NCBI GenBank assembly: GCA_964016885.1
Contig: OZ024755.1
Coordinates: 12,462,001-12,526,000 of the forward strand
Length of the DNA stretch: 64,000 bases
Direction: 5' to 3'
Source of the DNA: Eledone cirrhosa
Lineage: Eukaryota
Below, piece after piece: positions 28,409 through 43,199 of this stretch. Numbering within the stretch: the stretch's first letter is position 1; each line of letters begins with the position of its first letter. Both the position numbers and the translations under genes were made by a program. The notes under the pieces are model-generated. The model made no database searches. It had not been told where the DNA came from and was given only the letters and a program-made list of their open reading frames with translations.

Positions 28409-29709
28409 ATAGATACATACATACATACATACATACATACATACATACATACATACATACATACATACATACATACATACATACATACATACATACGTCT
28501 CGTATTTACAAAGTAACACATGACTTAGGAAATAAAGACCCCAAATCATACTCAAGCCATATATCTTAAAATCTACTGCTGTCTCAGTTTCTGAAGGAAA
28601 TAGAAAAAGGGCCGGGCATGTTAATACGTTACCCACAGATGATGTTTGTCAAATAACTTGAAAATAAATAAAAAAAATGGCGGATTTAGTAGACAATACG
28701 TTTATCATTATTCAGCTGATATTTTGAGCATAACCTAAATGTTCTTGCTTAGAATTACGATGGAAGCTTTTTAGTTAAATTTAAGCACGTTGAAATAAAT
28801 AAAGTGAGTTATTGAAGAAGGCGTGGTTTCAGGCGGTATGATCTCAAAAAGGTTAAGAAATTATCTTATAAGGGTCATACTGACCCTTAAGTGCAACCGG
28901 CGTTATTTTTCAACTCAGGATCAGCAAAAATTATAGCACACGCAATAAAAGAAGAAAGTACAGAAATAAGTCTGTTGGTTTTTAACGACCAACAAAAGAA
29001 GAATTTTCTTTAGCTTAGGTACACCTAAGACACGAGATTTGCCATTGATTTTTATGTGGTTTTCATTATTCCGACATAAACACTTCTTGTTTGTAGCGAA
29101 TGTCTAGCAGAATTTTTTTTTTTTTTTTCCTGCTTCTTTAGCTAAGCTGCTTATTTTCGACCTAAACTTCATCACCACAACAAATGACATCACAGTAAAC
29201 TCCGCCGCACCAGCGACCACCCCACCCTCTCTATCAGGACCACAAACACTGCCACCATTATCACTGTTATCGCATCAAAACCACCATCTCAACACTACCA
29301 CCACCACCACTGTCATGAAAAGACCTCAAACGCCGGCGTCACCACATCAAACCGCTGAAACCACACCCCACAAACATCGCACCGCCAAACCCACCACCAC
29401 CGTCATCACACTGCCAAAACCATACCAAAGCTACCACCACAACCACCACCACCACCATACCACAAAAACAACCACCACATCCACACAGACATTTCCAACG
29501 TCACGACCACCGCCACTATCATACTACTAAAACTACCACCATCACCATCATACCACCATCACACACCCATCACCACCATACAGCCGCCACCACCATCAGC
29601 TATTTCGTTAGCTGCACCTAAATATAAAACAGTACACTATATTTATATATTAGTTGATAAATAACATTGTTTACACCGAGGCTATGAAGACAAGTGAGTA
29701 CATTATATA

Positions 29710-29889
29710 TTGGCAGTATCGCTAGATGGTCGGACACTATGCTTTGACGCATAGAGTTACGCCCCTTGCCATTCTGAGTTCAAATCGCGCCAAGGTTAAC
29801 TTTGACTTTCATCCTTACGGGGTCGATAAAATAAAGTACCAGTAATGTACTGGGTAATTGCTGGCCTTGTGCCAAAAGTAGAAACAATT
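29710..29889 (+). mobile_element. SINE family A
   Basis: Matches the consensus. Confidence 0.85.
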
Positions 29890-30163
29890 ATATATCTTAT
29901 ACTATTTTTGATATTAGTTAAGTCGATAATTCCCCGATTGTCAGGACTGGCGCTACCATTAAGACCAACGAGGCAGCCACCTATGACGCAGACAGGTGCA
30001 TTACTGACCCTTAACCCATTAACATTTAAAGCAGCCGTATCCGGCCAGATTCTCTCAGCTGTTTCTGTTCAAACCGGCTGTAACCAGCCACTCATACTGA
30101 TGTTAAGGTATTATTCTCAAAATAAATAATATCAAAATCTCGTAGATTCGATATTATGTGAGA

Positions 30164-30305
30164 TAATTGTTTCTACTTTTTGGCACAAGGCCATCAATTA
30201 CCCAGTGCATTACTGGTACTTTATTTTATCGACCCCGTAAGGATGAAAGGCAAAGTTAACCTCGGCGGGATTTGAACTCAGAATGGCAAGGGCCGTAACT
30301 CTATA
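30164..30305 (-). mobile_element. SINE family A, 5' truncated, next to a MITE fragment
   Basis: Matches the consensus. Confidence 0.8.
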
Positions 30306-31669
30306 CTAAAGAGTAAGGATAATTGTTTACAAAAATATATAGTTAAATATATAATAATTTCCAATGACTAATAAATTAATTGCTAAATATATCTGACGTG
30401 TTGCAATGTTGTGGAAATATCCAAAGCGGCAGAGAGGGTTGTATGGTGTGGATTGTATAGTGGGAAATGCAGGCTTAGTAATTTTCTTTATGTGGTCAGA
30501 GCAAGAAGTGTCACAAAGTAGGTTCGTTAGCTTATGAAAATATAAATTGAAATCATTTTGGAGATTGTGGAGCATAACTGGGCTAAGAGGACAAACATTG
30601 TAGGGTTAAGCTATGACGCTAAATACCCAGGCGCCAGCAGGGCTGACATGTTATAACCCTCTCTCACACCACTGTCTAAATCAGACATGGGCAACCATTT
30701 TCGAGGAGTGGGCCGCATGAGCCATATATGTGGGGCGTAGCTGAAACATACCTCTCAGACTAGGGTGTAAAGATCTGCTATTCCCTCCCTCGTCCCCCCC
30801 TTTTCTGTTGCCATTTAAGGTAACTGTAAAGTTAGACAATTAAAATAATTAAAAGATCATTATGTAGTACAACTAAATAATAGAACAAACTCTATAGATA
30901 ATGAACACAACCACAAGGATATGGTCCGATCGTTGTTTAACTTTTTTTCTTCCTTATTTCTACAACTTATCCTTAGAATGTTTTTGACAGCTCTTCTTGT
31001 GTGACAGACGGACAAACAGGCCGTACAATTGTTATAATATAGATTACAAGCTATTTAAAGTGACGCTCTATCGTTTCTGCCAATTGCAACCTGCATGATG
31101 GCTATATAATAGCGTGACAATAGCAACAACGAAATTATCAATGGTGAAATGTACGTGGCCATCTTTATTACTAAATAAACGTGTGGATATTACAAATTGG
31201 GTGGAACAACAATTGAATAGAAAGGGGAAAAGGTGGAGGAGAAGACAGGAAATAGTTCTTGTTGTAACAAGAAAGGACATCGTTGGCAATGGACACGATA
31301 ATTTCTCCTGATTGGCCTAAATTTACGATGTCAACGTTGTTAAAGTCCAATGAGAAGAAAAGGAAAAAAGAAAATCAGTGATAGTGACTCAGAGGAAAAC
31401 TTTCCCCTGCAGCTAGCAAACGAGATGACAATTGAAAAACTCCCTTAACTGTAATTCAGATACAGTATATTCATTGTAGCTTACCTCAGCAAAACTCCCT
31501 TGGCAATAGGAAGGAAGCTTTTGTATGTTGAGAAGAGAGGGAGTCGGGCAGGAAGGGAGAGAGAGATCGTAAAGACAGCAATAGTAGAGGGGAGAGATAC
31601 GGTCAAGAAAGACAGATAGTAGAAAGGAGAGAGTGACTGTAGAGAAAGCAATGGTGGAGAGAGCAAGAT

Positions 31670-32005
31670 GGGAGAGAGAGAGAGATCGTCGAGAGAGAGG
31701 GGGGGGAGAAAGATGGCTGAGAGAGAGAGAGATGGTCGAGAGAGAGAGATGGTCGAGAGAGAGAGATGGTCGAGAGAGAGAGATGGTCGAGAGAGAGAGG
31801 TGGTCGAGAGCGAGAGATGGTCGAGAGAGAGAGAGATAGTCGAGAGAGAGAGAGATAGTCGAGAGAGAGAGAGATGGTCGAGAGAGAGAGATGGTCGAGA
31901 GAGAGAGATGGTCGAGAGAGAGAGATGGTCGAGAGAGAGAGATGGTCGAGAGAGAGAGAGATGGTCGAGAGAGAGAGAGAGATGGTCGAGAGAGAGAGAT
32001 GGTCG
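31670..32005. repeat. (GA)n-TGGTC minisatellite
   Basis: gagagagatggtc units. Confidence 0.9.
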
Positions 32006-32433
32006 AAAGGAAAAACGAAAAACTGTGAAGGAAACAGCTAACGTAATGAACTAAAAGAATTATATTAGTTATTAGCAGGCTCAATTCAGTGTTAAAGTTG
32101 AATGACTCAATAAAACAAAATATGATGACAAAATAAAACATGACAAAATAAGATAAAAGAAGATGGGACACATCATTTGTGACAATGACGGTGTTGTGTG
32201 AACAATAAAATCTATTGTAATTGCTGTATTCAACCAAGAAGGAATGGCCATACAAATGAATCGTACTTTATTATGCATGATGTAATTTTATTATGTATCG
32301 ACCAAGTAAATTATATAAAGGATGTCAAATTAAGTGACCATAGTGTTGTTGTTGCATTCAGACATTTGAAATTGGAAATGACGCCACACAAATGGATAAC
32401 AGATTTATTTTGTATTTCTGGACAACATATTCT

Positions 32434-32464
<31 letters not shown>

Positions 32465-32652
32465 TTATTTTTACTGAACTCAGTCATTCGACTGCGGCCT
32501 TGCTGTGGCACCTATTTAAAGGGATTTGGACGATTATATCGACCAGCAATACTTATTTTTGCAATCAAGCATGATACTTATTTTATCGATCTCTTTTTGT
32601 TTGAACCGCTATGTTACAGGACACAAACAAATACGGACGAACGGGGACACGG

Positions 32653-32806
<154 letters not shown>

Positions 32807-32951
32807 ATTCAAAGGCCTACCCACACGAAGTCGCTTTTCTCACTGTTTAACGTAATTGTCCACTTTAATTGTTGGGTCTTAAGCTCTTGAGTGAGTGAGA
32901 AAACGACCGAGGTCATATCAATTGCATCTTACTAGCTTCGTTCATTATATA

Positions 32952-33139
32952 GTGGATTGGCAGTATCGGTAGAGGGTCGGACGCCATGCTTTGCAGCAAA
33001 GAGTTACGGCCCTTTATGGTCTGAGTTCACATCCCGCCGAGGTTAACTTTGCCTTTCACCCTTACGGGGTCGATAAAATAAAGTACCAGTAAGGTACTGG
33101 ATAATTGCTGGCCTTCTGCCAAAAAGTAGAAACAATTAT
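32952..33139 (+). mobile_element. SINE family A
   Basis: Matches the consensus. Confidence 0.85.
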
Positions 33140-34132
33140 ATATATATATGGACTTCCACACCGTTTACGTCTACAGTTTTAACAGCCATGCCTACGTCTA
33201 CTATGTTGTTTCCCTTTAAATGTTTTGTTTCCTCTGTCCTGCCTATGATGTTCAAATTATTTTCAAAATAATAAACATTTTCAAAGGATTTAGTATTATA
33301 GCTAATTTTCACATTAATAAAATAGTGTTTGGAAGATAATAAAAGTTCTTAGATAAACTTATAATTGATGTCTTTTAATGTAAATATAAACACTTTAAAA
33401 CAAACAGTTTTGTATCATAGAACCAGGTCGGTGTTCAAACGGTTTAGTATAGAAAGGATAAATAGAAAGAACTAGAGAATGTCATAGCTTTTATTTTCAC
33501 AACATTGGTATATTCAGGTATGTTAATACGTCGTCCAATAATAGCTTTTATTGTTAGTTTTTTTCAGATTCCCTCTGTTATTATATAATGATTTATTTAT
33601 TCTTTGTCTATTATTTACTCTTATATAATAACAAAGCGGACTCTTAATTCATTGCGATTATCGCAAAACGAATTTATTTTAATACTTTATGGTCCATTAA
33701 GCATTCAACGACATTCTATTACGAAGTGAAAATAATTGAAAATATACATTTCTATATCTCAACTATAAACGAGATAGAAGTGGTTAGGGTGCTGGACTCA
33801 CAATCGTAAAGTCGTGAGTTCGATTACCTGAACAGACAGAGCGTTTTATGCTTGATCAAGACATTTTATTTATCGATACCTTAAAGTACCACTAAACTAC
33901 AGAGGTCGATATAATCAAGTTTCCAAACTCTCCAAATTTGCTTACATTGTGTCTCAATTATAAATCATCATCATCATCATCATCGTCATCATCAGTGAAT
34001 AAATTCTATTTCATGGTTGACGAAATTACTTTTCCTCCGCCTCCAGTGATTTATGAACCAAGGAGAGATAAATGTTAAAACCTTCCACCACCAGTATAAA
34101 AAATGACGTGTGCAACTGTGGGTGTTGAAGAG

Positions 34133-34180
<48 letters not shown>

Positions 34181-37100
34181 TATATATATATATATATATA
34201 TATAATAACTTCAAGCTAAAGTTTCTCATCTTTGATCCACCAAGTTTCTCCTATCATGTTCTTTGAAGTGGCATAAAGAACGTGTTGCTGCAAATCTCAT
34301 AAGTTTCGAAGCTCGAAGTGATCAAAATTATCATTCTGCCTTAGATCTCTCTCTCTCTCTCTCTCCCTCCTTCACTTCTGTCCCACCTCTACTAGCTAGT
34401 TGTGGTTGGAGCAAAGCCTTAGCCAAGCAGTGGGCAGCATTGTGTTGTAGACTGGTAGTACAGTGAACAAGGTTATGAGTGATAAACAGGCTTGGCCGCG
34501 TATTTAAGATGCTTGCTGCGCTATCGTGAAGTCCTAGGTTCGATTCCCCTGGGTGACATGTTGGATATGTGTCATTACCATAGCCTCGAGTCAACCCAAG
34601 ACTTGTGAGGGAAATTAGGAGGAAGTACCTCAAATTGACTGTACCTATAATTTGAATTATTGTGTGCCACACTGATTCAGCTTTTCAATTATATTAAGGG
34701 TACTGAAACAGTAATTTAGACTTAAATTCGTCTGTTAACATGTCTAAACCCCAGCCCTTTTTTTTAAATGGCAGCTTGGTACACTCGGTTAATAGAATAC
34801 GAACTCTGATAATTTGACTGGTTATTCTCTATTTGTGGCTTGAGTCAACGAGGGAGCTTATATATGGCCATTTAATCTGCTAGAAATAACAGCTACATTT
34901 TCAAATCAAGTAGTACAGTGAAGGACATATATAGACTTGGCTATCACCAAAAGACCTGATGGTTACATCTCTCTGCAAGATCATGGTTATCTGGGTTAAA
35001 AAACATCAACAACCAGTTTTCTCACATATTAAGTTAAACAAACATTATGCCAGACAGGTAATCAAAAGAAACGTTACATCACCGAATACTTGTTTGAATT
35101 ATTTTTTATCTAACCCCTTTGACGCTAAACTGACTGAAATCGCGACTGGTTCTACAATCAAGCTGTTTGTTTTAAATTATTTATATTTACCTAAAATTCA
35201 ATTTTATGTAAAAACCGTCTAAGTTATGTCCCCCAACACCAGATTAATAGTGAGAAAGTTTTTATTACTAAATCCACTCACATTTTTGTTTATTTTCAAA
35301 CTTATTTTGAAATCATAAATAGCGTCTTTTATTAGAAATATGGTAATGGCAATGTTATAAGATTTATATTTATTTAAAAATCTGCTACCATAATTTTATG
35401 TAACAAAATAAGTTATGCTTCAAACACCAGCTTAATAGTAAGAAAGTTAATTGCAAATCCCTCAAAATTCGGAATTATATTCAAAATTATTTGAAAATTA
35501 TATGTAGTAACTTTCATTAGAAAAGCATCATAGAATCTTTCATGAAAAATATGGTAATGAACGGGTTAAAGTATATATATTGATATAACACAAACTTCCA
35601 TTATAATTTTATGTAAGAATTTATTTTCTAAACACCAGCTAAATAACGAGAAAATTAGTTAAATTAGTTATATTACCAAATACCGCCAAGATCTATAACA
35701 TTTTCAAAATTATTTCAAAAAAATATAGGTAGTGTCTTTGATGAAAAATATCGTAACGAAAGAGTTAATTGAAATTCAAGACATTACAGTAAAAATTTCC
35801 AGAGAGATGTAAGTCAACTGTCTAATAGACTTTAATCAAGCTTCTAGACACACTTTACCAAAGAACTGGTGTCATAGAGAAAAGAGAATTGGTAGTTAAA
35901 TATGGAGGAATAGCATTAAATTGATGAAGACTTCGTATAAAGAGATTACACAGACATGTGTTAGGTGAGTGAATGTATTCCACGCAAGTGCATGTGTATG
36001 AAATGAGTGCGTGTTCGTGAGTGTGTGCAAGTTTGTGCATTGTATCATGTTCGTTTGTATGTGTGTGTGTGTGTGTGTGTGTACGTATGTGTGTACGTGC
36101 ATACGTTGTGTTCGCGTGTGTATGCGCGTTGTATTTAGAAAAGAATGAGTCAGGCTACATACACGATCTAGAAAACGCATGTGTGCATGCGTATGTGTAT
36201 TTGTGTGAAAGCCTATGTATGTATGTGCCTCTAAGTGTATGTGTATTTCTGAGTAAGCGTATGTATGTATGGGTTTGTGTGCGTGCGTGCGTATGTGTGT
36301 AAGCGTGTGTATGCGTACGTGTTGTGTATATTTTGCCACATACTCAATTTGACAAGATTATTGATGTTACTTCACACACATACACAATATAAAACTATGA
36401 GTACATACATTTGTACAGCTACAGAGATTTTTTTTTTTCTTTTTGAAAATTATATCATATGTATGTGTGTTTTCATCCTTTAAAAAATGTGTGATTACAT
36501 CTGAAGTGACCAAATTTGAGAAGTATTTATTTATATAGTCGAGGACCACCAACCCTACCAGTCCCACCTCAATCTGCCCTATCTCGATTATTATCAATTC
36601 AACAGAGTTAGTTTGGTCAGGCTGACCGTAGTTGAAATGTTCAATGATGGCTAGACATAGCATTGCAGCATGTCTAGCAGACATATTTGGTTATTGTGTG
36701 GAATCTACAGCAAAGAGAAACTGCCTAGTGATGTCATCGATATTATCTGCCTTCCAATTCCTCCTGCAAAACGAAGCTCTTTTATTTGTTTGGATTTGGG
36801 ATTTTTATTTCTACTATTTGGTGAAATTCGTTTTGCAACAATCAAGATGATGATTATGAGAAGTCCCAAGGGGGGAATGAGGAATCCCCAAACAGAAGTA
36901 TTTTCTTCATTGAAAAATCTATAACTATTAACTCTATAAGATATTTATCTGCACAGTATTTCGGCAATGTAGACTACTCTCAATGGATTGCGTGTGTAAC
37001 GGCGCTGTTTTCCTCAGGGCTATATGCGTTGCAACAGTATGCATTGATATATTGCGAGGAACTAACTCTCTCTTTCTCTTATAATGTGTGTGTGTGTATG

Positions 37101-37311
37101 TATGTCTGTGTAATGTGTGTGTGTGTGTGTCTAGTGTGTATGCAATGTGTGTGTTTGTAGTGTGTGCGTGTGTGCATGTGTGTGTAATGAAAACTATAAA
37201 TGTGAAGAGCAAATAGACAAAATATAATCTAAAAATACTGCCTAAGATTTTCAAGTGATTTTGAAAACCATCAAAAATTTAGAGGGATTTAGTAATATAA
37301 CTTTCTAATTA

Positions 37312-37570
37312 TTAAGCTGATGTTTGGAACATAACTTGAAGGTTCTTACATAAAATTACGATGGAAGTTTTCAGGTAAATATAAACAGTTTTACATCGTG
37401 TGGTTTAATATTACAAAGATTAAGCTGATGTTTGGAGAATAACAAAGGTTCTTACATAAAATTACGATGGAAGTTTTCAGGTAAACATAAACAGTTTTAC
37501 ATCGTGTGGTTTAATATTACAAAGATTAAGCTGATGTTTGGAGAATAACAAAGGTTCTTACATAAAATTA
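37312..37570. repeat. ~107-bp tandem duplication (about 2.4 copies)
   Basis: ttaagctgatgtttgga...ggttcttacataaaatta is repeated. Confidence 0.85.
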
Positions 37571-38855
37571 TTAAATTATGAAAAAGTTTTTAGATAAATG
37601 TGTTGTTAGATCTCCATCGGTTCCAAAAATGAGTTTTCCACTTGTTTGATCAAGGGATCAGCCTGCTTGAGAAAATAACGAGCTAGTGGTCAGGAATTCC
37701 ACAGACATGTGTACACTCAGCATAGTTCTCGTAAAGATTCAGCGTGACTCAATTTGTGACAATGCTGGACCTTTGAACTACAGGTATAACTTCATTTTTC
37801 CCCAGCTGAATGGACTTGACCAACGTGAAATAGATTGTCTTGCTCAAAAATATAATACGCTGCCGTGAATCGAACTCCCGACCTTTCCCTCAACCATTAG
37901 GCCACGCGCCTTTACCTTAGTTAAATATCAACACTTTAATATAAATATTTTTCTTTCATTGTAAAACCAGGAGCGGTTTCATAGGTTTATTGTTAAAAGG
38001 GTTAAAGCAGCATTCACTCATGATAGACGCTTCTAGCATCTTCCTTGAAAGATGTCAAGAAACATGCCTAGATCCAAAAAGAGAACATTAACCAAACCGA
38101 TGTCAATAAGTTAATAATGGATGTTAGAAAGTGGGGAGGGTGAAAAGGGGACGTTGCTGAATTATAATAACTCAGCTCTCCTTCATTGGTACAACATAAA
38201 AATTGTTTAGCAGGCAACATTTCTGTTCAAATCCCAAAGGTCCTATTGCAATAGAAAATACAATCTAATGGGGCTATAAAAAATAATTCTTTGGAATATC
38301 GAGTCAATTTATTCCACGGCAACACATCAATGTAAGAGTGACTGCGAGAACATTGCTTTCTATTTTTATTTTTAGATATTTATTTAATTTTATCTTCTAT
38401 CTTTCCACTTGTGCTTCAAAGTGTTGGCAGAAGAAACAGATTCTATCAATTTATTTTTACAAATTTAAATGCCTGTAGATGAGAAACACCATGTTCTCAC
38501 CGAAAGTTTTTTGCACATTCCATCCATAATTATCTTAGTTTGCGCCTACACTTGAATAAAAAGACAGAAATACTACATTCTTGTATTTTATGCCTCGTGT
38601 GTCAACTGGGTCATAGCTATACTCATTTCTTTAAATCACTTGATTCTCTCCTATTGTGTATATATTTGTATAGTGTGTGTGTGTATGTGTGCGTGTGCGT
38701 GTGTGCGTGTGCACGCGCGTGTGTGTGTGTACGCGCGTGTGTGTGTGTACGCGCGCGTGTATGCATATGATTCTAGTTCATCTTCCAATTGTTCGAATAA
38801 AACTGCTCGATTATGCCGTCTTCTGAATAAACAACTAAATATGTGGTATTATAAT

Positions 38856-39070
38856 TGTGGATTGGTAGAATCGGTAGAGCGCCGGACACCTTACATCGCG
38901 GCATAGAGTTACGGCCCTATACATTCTGAGTTCGAATTCCGCCGAGGTTAACTTTGCCTTTCATCCTTTCAGTATCAATAAAATAAAGCACCAGTAATGT
39001 ACTAAGGTCGATATAATCGACTTCCCCCTCCCCAAAATTGCTGGTCGTGTGTCTATAGTAGACATCATTA
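38856..39070 (+). mobile_element. SINE family A, longer variant
   Basis: Consensus with an extra ggtcgatataatcgacttcccc segment. Confidence 0.8.
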
Positions 39071-40137
39071 TAATTATTTCATATCAAGAACTGATATCTT
39101 TATCATCGAATTTATCGTCTTAATATATAGTAAATTGTTCATAAAGTTATATTGGAAAATTATATAGAGAAAATAATAGAGGGAAAATTATAGAGGGGAA
39201 AATATAGAGGGGAAAATATAGAGGGGAAAATATAGAGGGGAAAATATAGAGGGGAAAATATAGAGGGGAAATATAGAGGGGAAATATAGAGGGGAAATAT
39301 AGAGGGGAAAGGGACCGGACCCTCCACCCAATGCTTATAAATCAAATTATGAAGTGAGGACAGTAACAAACTTGTTACCCCTTTCTACGTCTCATCGGTT
39401 CCCTCGTTGCCGTTTTTCTACACTATTTAAATCTGGAAGGGAGTATCATGTCTAAAAAGGGAGCCCCATGAGATGGAATGGCTGATGTAGCGAGTATCGC
39501 TGGCTGTTCTCCACAGCTATTCTCCCACCATCGTGTCCTTGGGGCACAGCTAAGATATATCATTCAACCAACGGTGTAAGAAGTTGCTCTTCTCCAGTTT
39601 TTTTTTCTTTTCCCTTTTTCTATTCACAGTGTCCATGTTTTTCAAGAGGATTGTTGTACGAATGTAATTCTTTCAAATACGTATATCTCCTATATTTGTC
39701 ATTACAATATTTTAAATGTATTTTTAATAAAAAAAAACTTGCGATTCGAAAGTTGACTTCACAATTTTAAAGTAGAAATATTGTTATTGTCGTTGTTGTT
39801 AATGTTTGACTTAGTTTTTAAAGTTTTGTTTTTTTGTTTTCTTGTTGAAGGGTGGCATTTTTTGTTGTTTTTAACAGACTGGAAAATGGGAGAGTGAGAG
39901 GGGAAACGAGTGAAGAAAACATTAAAGAAAAACATGTTTAGAGAGAGAGGAGAGGAAAAGAAGGAAATAAGACCACGTGCCATGTAGAGAAAAGTAACGT
40001 TTTAATGTGTGTTAAGTATTTTCAAAGACAACATCAAAGGAAGAGTCAGGAAAATATGAAAAACACACACATATACATCACACATACACACACAGTGCTG
40101 CATGCAGGTGCTAGTGCGTACGCAACATTACACACAC

Positions 40138-40168
<31 letters not shown>

Positions 40169-40179
40169 CACACACACAC

Positions 40180-40248
<69 letters not shown>

Positions 40249-40362
40249 TGTGCGCGTGCATGTGCGTGTGTGTGTGTATATATATATATATGTGTGTATG
40301 CATGTATATATGTATATGTGTATGTATGTATGCATGTATATATGTATATATATATATATATA

Positions 40363-40965
40363 TCACCAGTTGGTACTACTGGTAACATGTATCCCAGTAC
40401 AACCTGTCTCATGGTCGGGTCGTTGGCGACTAAACTGGCAACCCCACCAAGGTTTCTTGGTGAGGAGGGTGACTTTGGACATCCTACAGGACTAAAAACA
40501 AAACCTGTCAAAGAGCAAAGGAGCTCTTAAGAGTCAATGGTCATCCAAAATCACCGGGAGAGATGACCCCTTAGCCTTTGTCAAGGCAGAATTCTAGGAG
40601 AAGGAAAACTCTGATATAACACCTGCAACCCTGATGGTATCCAATGATGTTGACTTGTTCTTCTTTTTGGTAAATATCTTGGTTAAGAGAGTTGGACTGG
40701 CTTTGTGCAGTGCCTTTGCTCACTATATAAAGCTTCACGGTACAGACATTGTTTTATATCTGGAGATCTCTCTGCACTTGTCGTCACATGGTACCATGGG
40801 CCCAGCACTATGTGTCAATAATTGTCACAAGTGTAGTGTTTGTACCAGAGTTTTCAAGTCGCTGGCTGGACTAAAAAGTCACACTCGTTCAGCGCATCGG
40901 TAGGGGTTCTCCTACATGGATATAAAGTAGTGGCCGTACTCGAAAACGAGTTGGCAGCCACCATG
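40363..40965 (+). mobile_element. Non-autonomous RTE-type retroposon, copy 4
   Basis: Opposite orientation to copies 1-3. Track ORF 40634-40903 ends in the C-x2-C-x12-H-x4-H peptide. Confidence 0.75.
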
Positions 40966-41369
40966 TGTAGTGGTTACTTGTTGACAGCAACCAATCTTTA
41001 ATCAACTAATGATCACTTAGTAATGCAGTAGAAAACCCTTCTCATTCCTATCCTTTCTTCCTAGCAAGCACCACCCTCACAAATATCACCACCCTATGAC
41101 ACTTACCCTCGATCCCTAGCAAACCCATCCCCCCAACAAATATCACAATACCTGCCCTCACTCCCTAGCAAGCCCCCCCCCCCCCCCCACACACACACAA
41201 GTATTACTACTATATTACACTTACCCTCGACACCTAGTATCTACCACGCCCACGTATTACAACCTACACCCGATTACAGCCGTTTTAATCTCATCGCTCA
41301 TCACTAGGCTAAATAAGTTGATTCTATCAGGAATCATTAACAAGATAAGTTATAAACACTTGAAGAAAT

Positions 41370-41400
<31 letters not shown>

Positions 41401-41523
41401 TATATATATAAAATAAAGTTCTCAAAACAAATGCATGGTACGACCACCATAGGACAGACATTCTACATCTGCTCTAGTCTCTCTCTCTCTCTTTCGCTCT
41501 ATGTATGTGTATATATATATATA

Positions 41524-41817
41524 TAGTTATGTAATAAACAACATAAGATAATTATTTCATTTACCAGTGGTTTCTTGAAAGCAACCAAAATTGCTTTCAT
41601 TCATCAGAATGAAAAAATCCTGGTGTCTTTATTCCAAGACACCAGGATTTTTTCATTCTGATGAATGAAAGCAATTTTGGTTGCTTTCAAGAAACCACTG
41701 GTAAATGAAATAATTATCTTATCTTGTTTATTACATAACTAATAAGCTCTGTAACCTACATAGAGCACTCTTTTTTCCTGGACCTTTCCGGCGGAATTAT
41801 TTCATTCACACATATTT

Positions 41818-41818
<1 letters not shown>
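41524..41818 (+). mobile_element. Penelope-like pLTR-derived insertion: 106-bp inverted repeat plus ~77-bp tail, in (TA)n
   Basis: Arms 41524-41629 and 41636-41741 have one mismatch and a 6-nt spacer. A hammerhead is inside, and the flanks are microsatellite. Confidence 0.75.
41651..41710 (+). ncRNA. Type I hammerhead ribozyme, intact core
   Basis: tttcatt-CTGATGA-atgaaagcaattttggttgctttcaa-GAAA-ccactgg-TA-aatgaaa. Stem I is a perfect 7 bp, stem II is long, and the cleavage triplet is GUA. Confidence 0.88.
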
Positions 41819-41875
<57 letters not shown>

Positions 41876-42018
41876 CAGATTAAAGTTTAAGCAAAGAATC
41901 GTTGCTTTCACCCTTAACGGGATCTTCTGAAACTATGTTTGCTCTATGGTTCTTATATATTTGATATATATTTATCCTTATCGAGCCCTCTTTGGATTTT
42001 AGTCTTCACATTTCTTAT

Positions 42019-42068
<50 letters not shown>

Positions 42069-42340
42069 CAAAAAACTACAGCGGTCACTCACAATTGAGT
42101 ATGACTTGGTATTGTATAACATGTTTTCCCTAAAAGGTTTTAGATGCCATGTAGTTTGATCCAGTGGAATATCCATAATATCACAACTAAAAGGAGAGAG
42201 GACTGCACCAATATAAGTCTGATACTGTCTTTATTGATCCTGAAAGGCAAAATGGACCTCAGCAGGATTTGAACTCAGAATGCCGAAAACTGGTACAAAT
42301 TTAACATCGTTTTGACAACTCTGCCAAACCGACCACTTGA

Positions 42341-42793
42341 CGTTACAGCCCTTTATGATCTGAGTTCAAATCCCGCCGCGGTTAACTTTGCCTTTCATCC
42401 TTACGAGGTCGATAAAATAAAGTACCAGTGACGCACTGGGGTAGATTTAAACGACCCCCCCCCTCCAAAATTGCTGGCCTTGTGCCTATTTAAGAAACCA
42501 TTATTATTAAATCGATTGCCTTGTGCCTAAATTAGAAACCATTATTATTATTAAATAAGGGTGGTGGATTGGCAGTGACGGTGGAGCGTCGCACAGCATG
42601 CTTTGTGACAGTGTCATGGCCCTTTACGTTCTGTGTTCAAATTCTGCTGAGTTTGGCTTTGCCTTTCATCCTTACGGGGAAGATGAACTAAAATACCAGT
42701 TTCGCACTGAAGTCGATTTAATCGAGCCCCCTCCCCCCCCCCCCCATCCTTTCTTTCAAATTGCTGGCCTTGTGCTAAACGTAGAAACTATTA
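42341..42793 (+). mobile_element. Two tandem SINEs, longer variant
   Basis: Units at about 42341-42507 and 42560-42793. Confidence 0.75.
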
Positions 42794-43199
42794 TAAAGCC
42801 ATTCCAGATTAATATAGAAGACTATTATAAAGCCATTCCAGATTAATATAGAAGGCTGTCAGTCAGTTATAAATGTAGATGTGTGTGTACGTACATGTAC
42901 GTGAGTTCCTTCTCAATGTATACAAATACTTTACAAAATCCTAGTTTATCAAAACACACAATGTAAAGAAGAAATAAACAAAATATAACGAACGTGTGCC
43001 CACCGAGTGGAAATGAAAAGATAGCTAATAAAATTGTTTACTTTAAAGGTAGTGTAAATAAGTTTTAAAAAGCATGTTCTATATTACCTCAACAGACAGG
43101 TGGAAAGTCTTAGTTAGCTCTTGGGTTATGTAACCAAAAGAATTATAATTATAATTTCCATTTTACAAGCGTTTTTTATCTGTTTTGATCGGGTTAGAT

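Noticed and set aside
36367-36924. Overlapping ORFs in unique-looking sequence as a candidate exon
   Set aside because: No recognisable domain, no OATP similarity, and stops in the candidate spliced frames.
40363-40445. HDV-like ribozyme at the retroposon 5' end
   Set aside because: A P4-like hairpin (gtcgttggcgac) and ctaa-actgg pairing with ccagt are present, but I could not build canonical P1, P3 and L3.
40634-40903. Host C2H2 zinc-finger gene
   Set aside because: It is a single finger inside a four-copy retroposon, and the upstream frame is not conserved between copies.
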